From positions 1-64,000 of IMG/VR virus record IMGVR_UViG_3300027770_000039: a DNA stretch of 64,000 nt; one strand, 5' to 3'. The notes under the pieces are model-generated. The model was not told the DNA's origin. It saw only the letters and a program-made list of their open reading frames with translations, and did no database searches. Below are positions 27,316-38,300 of the stretch, in pieces (within the stretch, counting starts at the first letter, position 1; every line of letters begins with the position of its first letter). A program made the translations under genes and the position numbers. Source of the DNA: a virus.

Positions 27316-29253
27316 TCACGCCGTACTAAAATATAAGTCGCCAGTAAAAGCTCCGCCTAAATAATTGTCTAGCGTAGCGGCGCTAGAAATATTTCCAGAA
27401 TACAAAGTTCTTCCTCTGCTCAATCTATTGTTTGCATTAATTGTAACCGTAGACCCTGGTGTTCCATAACTAGTGGTTGTATATAATACAGCTGTATCTG
27501 GGAATTGATCGTAAAGACTGTGAAACAAATATCCCCTAGTATATCCTTCAAGTTCTGCATTATTTAATCTTATTTGAAGATCTCCAGTTGCATTTCCTTG
27601 TCCTATAATAGTTCCTGTATTAGGGTGAATTATAAGATAAGCATTATCTGTAGCGCTGTACGTATCAAGATATAAACCCCCAGCGCCAGTATTTAAATAA
27701 AAACCTGATGTGTGAGATATAGATCCTGAATCTATAGTTAATGTTCCAGTTCCAATAGTAGATGAGCCAGTGCTAGTAATTACTCCTCCAATAATTTCAG
27801 CTCCAGTAATTGATGATCCCGCATTAAGTTGTCCTTTTAATGATACATTTCCACTTGATGTTGTTAGTGTAAATTTACCACTTGCAATTCCATTCTCATA
27901 GTGAGTTATAGAATCTGGTGTTAATCTTATGTGTGCTCCAGAAGCAGGTCCCAAATAAATAGCTGGACTCGAGCCGCTATTTATTTTAAGAGTTCCTAAA
28001 TCATTTTGTAAAAATGAATCCCCTAATTGCCATCCTCCAATGTATCCAGATGATGCTGTTACTAAACCGCTTTTTGAAACACGAAATGGTGCACTTAAAT
28101 AATTTTCATGTCCCAGCCAAATTCCAGGAGTTGCTAGACTGTCTGGATCTGCTTTAAATACGGCGTTGCCTGATCCTATTGATAGGCTGCCAGTAAATGT
28201 TCCCGATCCTTTAATTGCCAATGTTCCTGTGTTACCACCAATAAATTCAAGAAGTTTTGTACTTCCATCTGTTCCGTAAATAACTAATGGCGTAGTGGAT
28301 CCACTAATTTCAACTCTTGCTCCACCACTTGCTCCAGCTTTAATGTAAGCATCTGCATCCAGGAATCCTGTTTTAATTTCACTTGCTGGCAATTTTTCTA
28401 CTGTAATACTTGTGGGAGAAGATGCAATAGAGTTAGTAGTTTCTGTTTTATCTGAATTTACCGTTCTAATTTTTATAAAATAAGGAGTATCGTAATCTAA
28501 TTTTTCTTGAGTATTTTTATTAATTACAGTTCCAACACCTATAGAAACTTGATTTAATCCATTTGAAAAGTTTAAAGTGTGTACCCAGTTATCTGCATGT
28601 GGCACAAATGATTCAGTTTTTCCTATGTAAACTTTAGCTCCCGCAAAAGATCCAGCAGCAAAATCTGCCGTAGTTGCTCTTTTTCCATCCCAAGTAACAA
28701 TTATTGAAGCAAGACCTGCTTCTATTGTTGGAGCAGATGGATCTTGAGGGGCTAACACTGTTGTTCCAATTCCTGGGACAACTACTGATCTTGCACTACT
28801 TACTGCGGACTTTTTTCCGTAAGATGTAACTGAATAAAGTGTTACAAAATATTCTCCCGAAGCTGCCGCAATTGTTTGCGTTCCAGCTGACTTAAAACTT
28901 GAAGTTGCTTTAGTTCCATCAAAAGTTCCACCGTCTACGTAAACATCTACCCTATCTATATTAGAAATAGTTTTGCCAGCAGCGTCTGTGCCGTTCCAAG
29001 TTACTTTAATTAATCCAGGTTCTCCTGTAACACTACCAGTTGGAAGAGATGGTTCACCTGGAACTGATTCTCCTGGAGTTGTTATTACTTTTGTAGAAGA
29101 CCATACGGAGAATGCTCCGCCTTCTCTTTTCCATCTAAATTGTAAAGGATATGTATTGTTTACGTCAAGGTCAGTAATTGTTACAATAAAATAATTTTTA
29201 TCTCCAGGATCTACCTTAGAGCTATCCTTTAACAAATCTTGATAGGCCGACAT
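27316..29253 (-). CDS. Minor tail protein with FnIII-like domains
   Basis: IKVTWNG and IIVTWDG domains; 'APFRVSKSG.V' and Gly-rich beta-helix-like region. Confidence 0.7.
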   Translation of the reverse strand: MSAYQDLLKDSSKVDPGDKNYFIVTITDLDVNNTYPLQFRWKREGGAFSVWSSTKVITTPGESVPGEPSLPTGSVTGEPGLIKVTWNGTDAAGKTISNIDRVDVYVDGGTFDGTKATSSFKSAGTQTIAAASGEYFVTLYSVTSYGKKSAVSSARSVVVPGIGTTVLAPQDPSAPTIEAGLASIIVTWDGKRATTADFAAGSFAGAKVYIGKTESFVPHADNWVHTLNFSNGLNQVSIGVGTVINKNTQEKLDYDTPYFIKIRTVNSDKTETTNSIASSPTSITVEKLPASEIKTGFLDADAYIKAGASGGARVEISGSTTPLVIYGTDGSTKLLEFIGGNTGTLAIKGSGTFTGSLSIGSGNAVFKADPDSLATPGIWLGHENYLSAPFRVSKSGLVTASSGYIGGWQLGDSFLQNDLGTLKINSGSSPAIYLGPASGAHIRLTPDSITHYENGIASGKFTLTTSSGNVSLKGQLNAGSSITGAEIIGGVITSTGSSTIGTGTLTIDSGSISHTSGFYLNTGAGGLYLDTYSATDNAYLIIHPNTGTIIGQGNATGDLQIRLNNAELEGYTRGYLFHSLYDQFPDTAVLYTTTSYGTPGSTVTINANNRLSRGRTLYSGNISSAATLDNYLGGAFTGDLYFSTA

Positions 29254-30396
29254 TTAGAATGTTACTTCCAGTCTATACTCTACGTCAATTTGCCTTCCAG
29301 CTGTTTTTGTTAAATATGGCGAGTTTAATATGGACCTACTTACCAAACCATATATCGGATCAAATGTATCTTCATCATTAATTCTAACTGCATCTAGGCC
29401 CACTAAAGTTGATTGTCCAGAAACTGGGGTGATTACGATTCCGATTTTTGTAATTTCTGATTTATTTGGAGAACCCACTACGTTACCAAATAAGCTAGAA
29501 AGCAAAACTTCTTGTGATATCTTTTTTCCAGTTCCAGAAATTGACGGCAAATCAACAAAATAATAATTGCCAGTAGATGTGTAAAATTTAACTGTAATTT
29601 TACTTAGGTTATTATCTCCCTTATAGTAAGCGCAAGTAATAGAATCGTTGTTGCTATATCCCTCTAAATCAAAAGAAGTGTTTGTTGTGTATTCTTTTGC
29701 GCTAGTGCCGTTGGAAGACATGACCAAAACATTAGTTCCAACTCTCGCACCAGTTTCTGATGTCTCTGGGTTGTAGCCATTTGAGTCCGTCCAGTCTAGG
29801 TAATTGTCGAAATCCGCAATAAACTTGCTATCAAAACTATTTGCAGAAGATCTTGTTGATGGATAAATTCCTATTTCTGAAATTACTCCAGCTAAATCTT
29901 GGGGAAGTGTTGCTTTGTAAACTATATTATATATAGGCAATCCGTTTTCCATTTGAATATCTGTGCTGCCTAGGTTTACTGGCGTTCTGTATATCTCAAA
30001 CCCTAATCTTGTGTCCACCTCGGAAGAAACGTTTCCTCCAGAAACATAGGCTGAATTTGTTGAATTTAAAATTGTAAAGGTAGTAGTTGAAGGAACAGAG
30101 CTTATTGTTGCATTTAAAAAGTTATACGCTGTTGGAGACACATTAGATATGCTAACTTTGTTTCCTTCAAATAACCCATGCTCATAAGTAGTTGTAAAGG
30201 TGACAACAGATCCTGTAGAAGAGATTCCTGATATTGTTTTTGAATCATGAATGCCTACAGCTAAGTCCTTTGTTGCAGACGGCACATTGCCAGCCATAAG
30301 TTTAGAAAAATACCTTTTTCCAAATTTAGTAATTATATTAGAAGATCTTGCAATCTCTTTATTGTTTTCATAAAATACATAAGTTCCTTTTATCAT
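29254..30396 (-). CDS. Tail/baseplate-associated protein
   Basis: NIITKFGK and DTRLGFEIYR...ISEIGIY; inserted 'VTFTTTYEHGL..GNKVSI' beta domain. Confidence 0.6.
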   Translation of the reverse strand: MIKGTYVFYENNKEIARSSNIITKFGKRYFSKLMAGNVPSATKDLAVGIHDSKTISGISSTGSVVTFTTTYEHGLFEGNKVSISNVSPTAYNFLNATISSVPSTTTFTILNSTNSAYVSGGNVSSEVDTRLGFEIYRTPVNLGSTDIQMENGLPIYNIVYKATLPQDLAGVISEIGIYPSTRSSANSFDSKFIADFDNYLDWTDSNGYNPETSETGARVGTNVLVMSSNGTSAKEYTTNTSFDLEGYSNNDSITCAYYKGDNNLSKITVKFYTSTGNYYFVDLPSISGTGKKISQEVLLSSLFGNVVGSPNKSEITKIGIVITPVSGQSTLVGLDAVRINDEDTFDPIYGLVSRSILNSPYLTKTAGRQIDVEYRLEVTF

Positions 30397-30405
30397 TACT
30401 CTCCT

Positions 30406-31236
30406 TTAGATTGGTGTAGAATAACTTGAATAATATTTTTTATTATTAGTTCCAGTTACTACAGCCCTTACCGATAGCCATCTTGCTGAAGAAGAAGCTG
30501 GGGTATCTCCTCCAGATGAGCTAACTTTATATTGTCTATTCTTTCCGCTATCTCCTATGCCGTAAGATGAAGAGGAAGGATACCCTTTTGATCCCGAACT
30601 CACAGTTGTCCCGCCATTTTTTAAAGTTGTTATAATCCATTCGTAAGATATTGAATCATATGAACCAAGACCACTTGAATCATTCCATCCCCAAGATAAT
30701 CCTGTAGAGCCAGTTCTATCAAATATTACAGACGGAACAGATGGTGTTGGTGTAATAAAATTACTTGAGTTTGAAGGGTTTGCTTCAGAAGACGAAACTG
30801 CTGCTGCATACGATGCGGTTGCTGCGTTATATATTCTTGCGTCAACACCAACTGTAGTTGATGCATATTGACTTGTATTTTTAATTTTAATTAATGCATT
30901 ATACTTAGTAGTCTTAGCTGCAGCATCATAATATTCTTCAAAGGTTATTGACTCTATATCTGATAAATCTACAGTGTCTGTCGATCCTTCTGGGTCTTTT
31001 TCTTCGTTATCTCCAGGTGGATTGTCCCCACCAGATCCGTCTCCAAGATAAGGACGAGATACTTGCTTAGAATAAATATATCCAGAATCATTTTTAAGAA
31101 TAGCTTCGTCTGGCCTTAGCCACAACAGGTCTGGGTCTGTAGTTTTAAGCACAACCTTTGACGTCTTGGCTATATTCTTAGACGGTATTCTTTTTATAGT
31201 TTTTTTATTTACTATATCTTGTGATCCTATTGTCAT
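30406..31236 (-). CDS. Hypothetical tail-associated protein
   Basis: C-terminal FnIII-like region; promoter TGGTATAAT at 31251-31243, 6 nt before the ATG. Confidence 0.6.
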   Translation of the reverse strand: MTIGSQDIVNKKTIKRIPSKNIAKTSKVVLKTTDPDLLWLRPDEAILKNDSGYIYSKQVSRPYLGDGSGGDNPPGDNEEKDPEGSTDTVDLSDIESITFEEYYDAAAKTTKYNALIKIKNTSQYASTTVGVDARIYNAATASYAAAVSSSEANPSNSSNFITPTPSVPSVIFDRTGSTGLSWGWNDSSGLGSYDSISYEWIITTLKNGGTTVSSGSKGYPSSSSYGIGDSGKNRQYKVSSSGGDTPASSSARWLSVRAVVTGTNNKKYYSSYSTPI

Positions 31237-31260
31237 TTTAATATTATACCATTTAGATAA

Positions 31261-34200
31261 TTACAGAGTTCTGCAAGTAATCGAGGTAGAAATCCCTTCT
31301 AGAAAAGATTGGCTTACGTTAGTAATAATCATTTTTTGAGTTTCCTGAAGATTTTGATATGCATATTTAACTGAAACTATGTCTCCTACAGAAAGCATTG
31401 GGTTTCCAAAGGTCTCTATTTCTATAATCTTTCCTTTGTTTACTGCCTTTGTTTTAATAAATTCAGCAAGATTTTTTACATCATACTCTGACTGAAGCCA
31501 CCTAGATTCAAATATTACGGGCTCCTTGTTTGCATACTCACTGCTGGTATCTGTGGAGTACTCCATAGTTCCAGAAGGGTATAAATCATTTCCTATTACG
31601 TATAAGGAGGCCAATGCGCCATCGCTTAAAGGAACAGTTGAAGAAGTATTGTTTAGTACATAAGCTTCTGCTTCAAAATTAGAAATCTTTTTACCAATCA
31701 GGCTAACTGCTTGGTTGCTACCAGTAGACCATTTAATTGGGAATGCTGGTCTAGAGTTTAATTTAGTCTTTACATAATAGATCTCTCTCACAACTGTTCC
31801 AAAATCATCTACCGTCTGGTTTTTAAGAACTGGATCGGAGTTTCCAGTATTATAAATTAAATCTCCAAAACTCATGTCAAGCAAATCATCTGAATATTGG
31901 CCAGCATATAAGTTTCTATTGTTATAAGAAGTTTCGTACTGGCTTACATCTATGTCTGTGCCGTATACGTAGTCTACTGCTATCTCGCCAGACCCGCATG
32001 CCAATGATACGGTTTTAGTTGTTGGAAGGATTGAATTAACTGTGGTTCCAGAGGAAGAGCTTACGTCTACTGCCGTAATAATAAATCCGTTAATGTATGC
32101 ATTAATATAAACCTTGCTACCAGAAACTTTTACTCTAACGTCGACATTGTATTGAGTTCCACCAAATACTCCCTCAAAAGTTGTAGTAGATGTTTTTTGT
32201 GAATCAGCTAAGGTTTTTATTGAAGACCCGTCTGCCTTTATAATTCTAACTGATTTAGTCTCTTTTGAAACAGCAGACTTCGTGGTTTCTAAAATAACAT
32301 AATACCCAGTTTTTCCTGTATAGTTTACAAAAAATCCCAAACCTGCGGAAACACCTTTTGTGTTAATATCTGTGTCTAAGAATATACTTGTACCAAAAGC
32401 ATAATATTTTTCTGATAATAAAGGTGAGGGCAAGCCGTATGTTGGAAGAGATGAGTTTGTTGTTGATGTAGACAAAGACATTCCTTCAAAATTTCTATAA
32501 GCAATGTTATATTGATTTTTTGATGTATTTGGATTCGACATCTTGAAATAAGATTTACCTGGATATATTTTTGTTGCAGAAACTGGATTTGAAGAAATAG
32601 TTGCTGCATTCGTAATGCTAGATAATGTAAACTTTCCACTTCTCATTACTTTACCTGAAGAAGATCCAGACTTTGGGGTTACTTCAAAAAGGTATTTTCC
32701 CAAACTTAAATTAGATATTGTAAATGGAGGATTACCAGTTGCCGCAGGCATATTTACTACCTCTTCAAAAATTTCGCTAAAAACACTTCCTCCATCTGAT
32801 TTCAAAGCTTTTATAACGTACGAAGTTGGCACTGTTGTGGGAACTACAAAATCAATAGACACACTACTAGATGTAAGTTGTGTAACCCTTAAGTCATAAA
32901 ATAGATCCCAGTTTGTAGTAGTTCCAGTTGATGTAGACTTTTGGGACGGATCAAATGTAACGTTTCTTAATTCCCAATTTCCTAGATTATTGTTTGCGGC
33001 ATCATGTTTAACTGCCACGGTTCCCAGGGCACCTCTTTTTTTAATTCTGTATCTTCCGCTTGGTTTAAAGTATGCGCTAGAAGAAGGATTATTTACATCT
33101 GAGTAACCAGCTTTACACAAAGATCTGTATTTATTTATATCTGCTGCGGACTCTACGTTTACTTTTCCAGTGCTTCCATCTAGAAATACGCAATCATATT
33201 CCATTGCATCATACTCAATAATTTCTGAATCTATAAGAACATACCCAGAAAAATTATAAAAAGATTGTTGCTCTGCATATACGTCTGTTGTTTGAGAATC
33301 AATAGTCAAGTAGGTATTTTCCAAAGCGCTAATATCTTGAGATAATCCTCCTGCACTTAATAATGTAGTAGGAGCGTTCCAAAGAGATCCAGAAGTACCT
33401 ATATAATCTGAAGTCATCTGTGTTTCCCACAAAACTTTTACGTAGTTTGCTCCAACTATATCTTTTTTATTAAATTTAATAATGTTTGGAAGAGTGGTTC
33501 CATCTGTTTCGTTGTAAAATGTCCAGGATATTGGTCTTGCTGTGTCATAGATATAATCTCTGCTGTAAAATTGCAGGATATTGTTTTCATCAAAAAATGC
33601 ATTCATCTGAATATCTCTGCATAGCTCTTGAATTGCTTCCCAAACTGTTTTTGAATCATCTGTCCACCAATAATTTACTTGAGGAATTGATTTTTCACTT
33701 GTTTCATTCAAATTAAATCTGTAGCTAGCAAAACCTATTGAGTCTAGAAGTCTTCTAATAATTGCAGTTACAGGATAGAATTCACACACAATATCTGGGC
33801 ATACGGTTTCCATTAAATACTTAGAGCCATCTAAAGAAAATATTGCTGCGCTTCCATACTCATCTATGTTAAAATCATTAATGTAATAAAATCCTTGGGA
33901 GACTTTGTCGTAAGAACCAGAAACGGTTGTTGCGTTGCTATGGTAGACATTAAAGAATGGGCGCAGCTCAGCATTTTTTACTAAGTACAACAATGAGCTA
34001 TCAAACTCAACAGAATCTCTAACATAAGAAACTATCTGAGATGTTACCTGATTATACTTAGCAATATTTGCTGACATGCTGTTTGCGGTAACAAATCCTA
34101 CTGGGAGTACGTCCGTGGAAGAAGATGAAGATTCTTTGCTAATATCAAAGTCTACTAAATCTGAAGATATATCCTTTACCCATCTTGCTGACAATTCAAT

Positions 34201-34953
34201 TACACCAATCATTCCTCCAAGATTTGAATTTGTTGCAGTAAGCTTAATTGATTTAATTGAAATTGGATTTGAGTAAGTTATTGGTTCTGTCAAAGCCGTG
34301 TTTACCCAAGAAGTTCCATTATAGTTTAATACAATATTTCCGTCTGTCGGTGTAGTAAATGGCCCAACTGACTGAGTTGTGTTGTCGGACTTAGTAATTA
34401 ATAAGGAGTAGTTAGTGGGAAGAAAATGATTTTTTTCAAATCTAATTACAATTTTATTTGATAAAGCATTTTTGTTTCCTTCAATAACCGTGTCTTGCTT
34501 ATACTTTACAGTTAGATCAATGTTAGTATTTTTTGCTCCTAGCCAATATTTATACTCAGTTTTTTCTCCAGGAATATATATTCTTGGCTGAGTTGAGGGA
34601 TACTGAACTGTTCTATACTTTGAAAAACTATTCGCTGGAGTATCTACAGATGAGAAAACATAATACTTTATACCTGACTCTAATGGTCTAAATGGCTTTA
34701 TTATAGAATCTACGGGAAACAATTTTTTATAAGGGTTTGGTTTTCCTGAAGGCCAATCAGAAATTTGAGAAGTATATGAAGAATCTGCCGTTGCTGAAGA
34801 AACAGTTATTCCATCAATCATAGAATTCATGTTGTACTCTATTACTAAACCAGCATCTGAAGTTACTGATTTTTGTTGCTTAAATAAATTAAGCAAATTA
34901 GTTTTACTTGAATCTATCATTATACCTGTTCCATTGTAAGAGATACGTTCCAA
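31261..34953 (-). CDS. Large tail tip/hub protein
   Basis: About 1220 aa, two genes after the tape measure; 'VWEAIQEL...FFDENNILQF' and 'GNPMLSVGDIVSV' hub-like motifs. Confidence 0.75.
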   Translation of the reverse strand: MERISYNGTGIMIDSSKTNLLNLFKQQKSVTSDAGLVIEYNMNSMIDGITVSSATADSSYTSQISDWPSGKPNPYKKLFPVDSIIKPFRPLESGIKYYVFSSVDTPANSFSKYRTVQYPSTQPRIYIPGEKTEYKYWLGAKNTNIDLTVKYKQDTVIEGNKNALSNKIVIRFEKNHFLPTNYSLLITKSDNTTQSVGPFTTPTDGNIVLNYNGTSWVNTALTEPITYSNPISIKSIKLTATNSNLGGMIGVIELSARWVKDISSDLVDFDISKESSSSSTDVLPVGFVTANSMSANIAKYNQVTSQIVSYVRDSVEFDSSLLYLVKNAELRPFFNVYHSNATTVSGSYDKVSQGFYYINDFNIDEYGSAAIFSLDGSKYLMETVCPDIVCEFYPVTAIIRRLLDSIGFASYRFNLNETSEKSIPQVNYWWTDDSKTVWEAIQELCRDIQMNAFFDENNILQFYSRDYIYDTARPISWTFYNETDGTTLPNIIKFNKKDIVGANYVKVLWETQMTSDYIGTSGSLWNAPTTLLSAGGLSQDISALENTYLTIDSQTTDVYAEQQSFYNFSGYVLIDSEIIEYDAMEYDCVFLDGSTGKVNVESAADINKYRSLCKAGYSDVNNPSSSAYFKPSGRYRIKKRGALGTVAVKHDAANNNLGNWELRNVTFDPSQKSTSTGTTTNWDLFYDLRVTQLTSSSVSIDFVVPTTVPTSYVIKALKSDGGSVFSEIFEEVVNMPAATGNPPFTISNLSLGKYLFEVTPKSGSSSGKVMRSGKFTLSSITNAATISSNPVSATKIYPGKSYFKMSNPNTSKNQYNIAYRNFEGMSLSTSTTNSSLPTYGLPSPLLSEKYYAFGTSIFLDTDINTKGVSAGLGFFVNYTGKTGYYVILETTKSAVSKETKSVRIIKADGSSIKTLADSQKTSTTTFEGVFGGTQYNVDVRVKVSGSKVYINAYINGFIITAVDVSSSSGTTVNSILPTTKTVSLACGSGEIAVDYVYGTDIDVSQYETSYNNRNLYAGQYSDDLLDMSFGDLIYNTGNSDPVLKNQTVDDFGTVVREIYYVKTKLNSRPAFPIKWSTGSNQAVSLIGKKISNFEAEAYVLNNTSSTVPLSDGALASLYVIGNDLYPSGTMEYSTDTSSEYANKEPVIFESRWLQSEYDVKNLAEFIKTKAVNKGKIIEIETFGNPMLSVGDIVSVKYAYQNLQETQKMIITNVSQSFLEGISTSITCRTL

Positions 34954-35378
34954 AATTCTTGAGGAGAATCTGTTGAATTTTCTTTTACGTTTCTTTTTAC
35001 TATTTCAAAAGAACATGAAGTAAACATCATTTCCATTGTTTTTGTAGTTCCACCATACACAATAGATAAATCAAAGGTAGCTCTACCAGATAAAGATCCA
35101 GAAGCCTTTGAAGCAGTTCCGTCATAAAAAGACTTTATGTCTACCGCTCCGTATCCTCCGTCTACAGTCATTGTTGAATGAGAAGGAAGCATGGACCAGG
35201 AAACATTTATGCTTTCTTTTTCTGAAACAAAGAATTTACGCATTGTTCCATTTGCCATTCTTTGAGTTTTTTCAATTCTTATTTTGTTCAAAGATACAGG
35301 TTGTCTATTATGCTCAGATAAATTTATTGTTGAGTTAAGTTTTAGTAAAGATCCAACTGGCAATACCATTGCTGTCAT
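34920..35378 (-). CDS. Distal tail-like protein
   Basis: Follows the tape measure; RMANGTMRK motif. Confidence 0.65.
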   Translation of the reverse strand: MTAMVLPVGSLLKLNSTINLSEHNRQPVSLNKIRIEKTQRMANGTMRKFFVSEKESINVSWSMLPSHSTMTVDGGYGAVDIKSFYDGTASKASGSLSGRATFDLSIVYGGTTKTMEMMFTSCSFEIVKRNVKENSTDSPQEFWNVSLTMEQV

Positions 35379-38300
35379 TATATTGACCTCCCCCCTGCTA
35401 ATACTTTAATTCCTTTTTGTCTTGCCATTTCTTCAATTTGTGCAAAAAATTCTTTAGGATTATTTGGTGATTGTGCAAAATGAATTGGCATTGATTGAAT
35501 AATAACTGAAGAGGATGAGGAAGATTTAGATGAGTACACATTTCCTCCGTTATTATATCTAGGAACTGAATTTATAACTGGTCCTCCTGAATTCATCATT
35601 TTAACTAAACCGCCAGTTGCCATTTTTGGCTTTGATCCAGATGCCATGTTTGCATATGGCGAGGCAAAGCCCATAAAAGCTTTACCTAACCCTGTTTTAA
35701 TTTTTCCTAAAATAGAAGTATCTGTTTTTTTATTAGTTGAATCCTCTACAATTTTTGCAGCAGTAATATAAACACTTTCAGCTTTAATATCTTTAAGAGA
35801 CTCTGCGTATTTATCTGATATCTCTCTGGCTATTTCAGTTGTAGTTTTTGGTCTTCCTCTATCGGTAGGACTTGGCATATCGAATCCAGGTATTTTTTTA
35901 GCAGCATCTACTAGTTGAGCACCAGGAAGCGAAGTTCCTTTAGATTTATTTTTTGGATCCATATCGTATAAAAAGAAATTTGAAAGCGCTGTTTGCCATT
36001 CAGACATTTTTAATTTTGTTGCATCAATTTCTTTATCAAATCTTCCTAAATTATTTCCAGCAAGAGAAGCGCTATCAGCAATTTTTTGGTTAGAGTCACT
36101 TATTCTTTTCTTTTGTTCCTCCAGAACCTTAATATCGGCAGACTCTTTGCTGTCAATAGCAGACACTGCAACGTCTGTTTGTTTTTCTTTATTAAGAGAC
36201 TTTATGTCAAGCTGAGCCATTGCTGCTTTAGACATGTCTCCAGCGGCTAATGCATCTTGATATTCTAATTGCTTTTTCTTTATTGCCGTTAGGAAGTTTT
36301 CATCCTTTTGTTGATTAGATAAAGCTTTTCTTCTAGCATCTGCTTCTTCTTTAATTTTTCTAATTTTTTCATCAATAGCTTCAATTGCTTTTCTTGAATC
36401 AATTTGAGCTTTTGCGCTTTGTCCTTTAGACGAAGCCGCTGCTTGCGCTTTTCTTTTTTCTAATTCTATAAGACTATTATTAAGTTCAAATAAAGCTCCA
36501 CCTTGAGCAATTGAATCTTTAGCAACATCTTCGGAAATCATTGCTCTTAAAGTAAATAGTGCATTTGTTGCCGCTGCACCTTTATTTAAATCTCCTGTAT
36601 AACCTTGAGCTTGTAATCTTATTTTTTGCCACATGCTAAGACCTGTGTCCTGCAATGAAAGAAATTTTTCTGCTTCTTTATTTTGGCTTATTGCATCTTT
36701 TAATATATCCGAAGTAATGCCTTTTCTAAATTTAACATTTTGAGATATGCTGTCAGATACTATTTTTTCAGCCTGAATCAAGGATAGTTTGTTCTTGCTG
36801 TTTGATATTGATTCTTCTACTGCTGCGTTTGCAGCAGCAAATGCAGTTGTTAATGCATTTCTTTGGCTTGCAAGATCTTCTGAACCAAAAACTTCATTTA
36901 AAACTTTAAAGGCTTCTGTTGCTGCGGTTGCTGCATCTTTAATTTCATTAAAATAAGAATTTCCAACAGTGCTAGATCCTGCCAAAGCAAATTTTTCAGA
37001 CATTGCAAAAGCAGCATATATTTTTTTAGTAGCTTCTTCTGCTGCCATACCGCCTGCAATCATTTGGGTTTTTAATCTTTCTGCATAATCTTTGAGGTCT
37101 GATTCTTTCATTTTATTAATTGCTGCAATGGAATCAGACATGCTGCTTTTAACTTCTTCTTTTAATTTTCTGTATTCTTCAATAGTCATTTTTATTGGAA
37201 TACCAGCAGAGTTCATACTGTCATAAAGCATTTGATTTCTTTCAATAGTATCTTTTAGAATAGACATAGAATCTTTTAATGAGGTTTTATATTCTGTTAT
37301 ATTTAGTCCAGCTTTTTTAGCTGCATCTCCAGTCAAGCCATAAGATAAAGCATTTAATCTTAGATTTTCTTGGTGAACTTTATAAGCCTTGTAAGATGCC
37401 ATTACTACTGTTGTTCCTACTGCTAGAGCTAGGTTTGTTTTAGTCAACCCTCCAACAAGACCCATAAGTACTCTAGAAACTTTAGACCCTTGTGCTGCTG
37501 AATTTGCTAGAGACAATGCATATTTATTATTTGCTCTATACGCTTTATCTAATTTACCTGCATATTTTTCGTATGCTTCATCGGATCCTGGCGCCATCTT
37601 TGATCTGGCTGCTCCCGCTCCGCCCATAAGCATTCCTGGAAGCATAAATCCAGCCATGCTTCCCATCATTCCACCAGCATCACCACCTATGTTCTGGCCC
37701 ATGCCTCCAAGCATTTGAGATCCAACCATTCCAAGTGCCATTTGTGCAATCATTCCACCAGCGTTATATCCTCTAGGAGAAGCCTGCAAGCCACCGACCA
37801 TGCCACCCCTGTTGTATCCCATTTTCCATTTTCTAGTCAGTGCTATTGAGTTTGCGTCTGGTGCTATGTACCTTGGATTTGCCCATCCTTGTGCTAATTT
37901 TTTTAATGGCATTCCTAAAAATGCTTTTCTTCCATGTGAATTTACTGAATAATTATTTGGATTTATTCCCCTTACGGCAGGATTAAATTTCATACCACCA
38001 AATGGAAGTCCTGCTGCAACGTGTCCTCTTTCTGCACCAAACACTGATTTTATTGTTTTGCCAACTCCAAAAGATGGAGATTGTTGTCTTTGTGACTCTG
38101 GGTAAAGATCCTGCATTTTTTCATAATGTGGCTTTGCCATTGATTGAGGTATTCCGCCACCAGTTGAAATAAATGGTTGTGGTACTTTTTGTCCATCAAA
38201 GCCAACATTTTTAACACTGCCTTTTTTGACACCTTTATTTTTTTCATTTCTTTGGAATCCTAATGACATTATTTCTTCTAAGAAAGAAACTGGTCTTCCT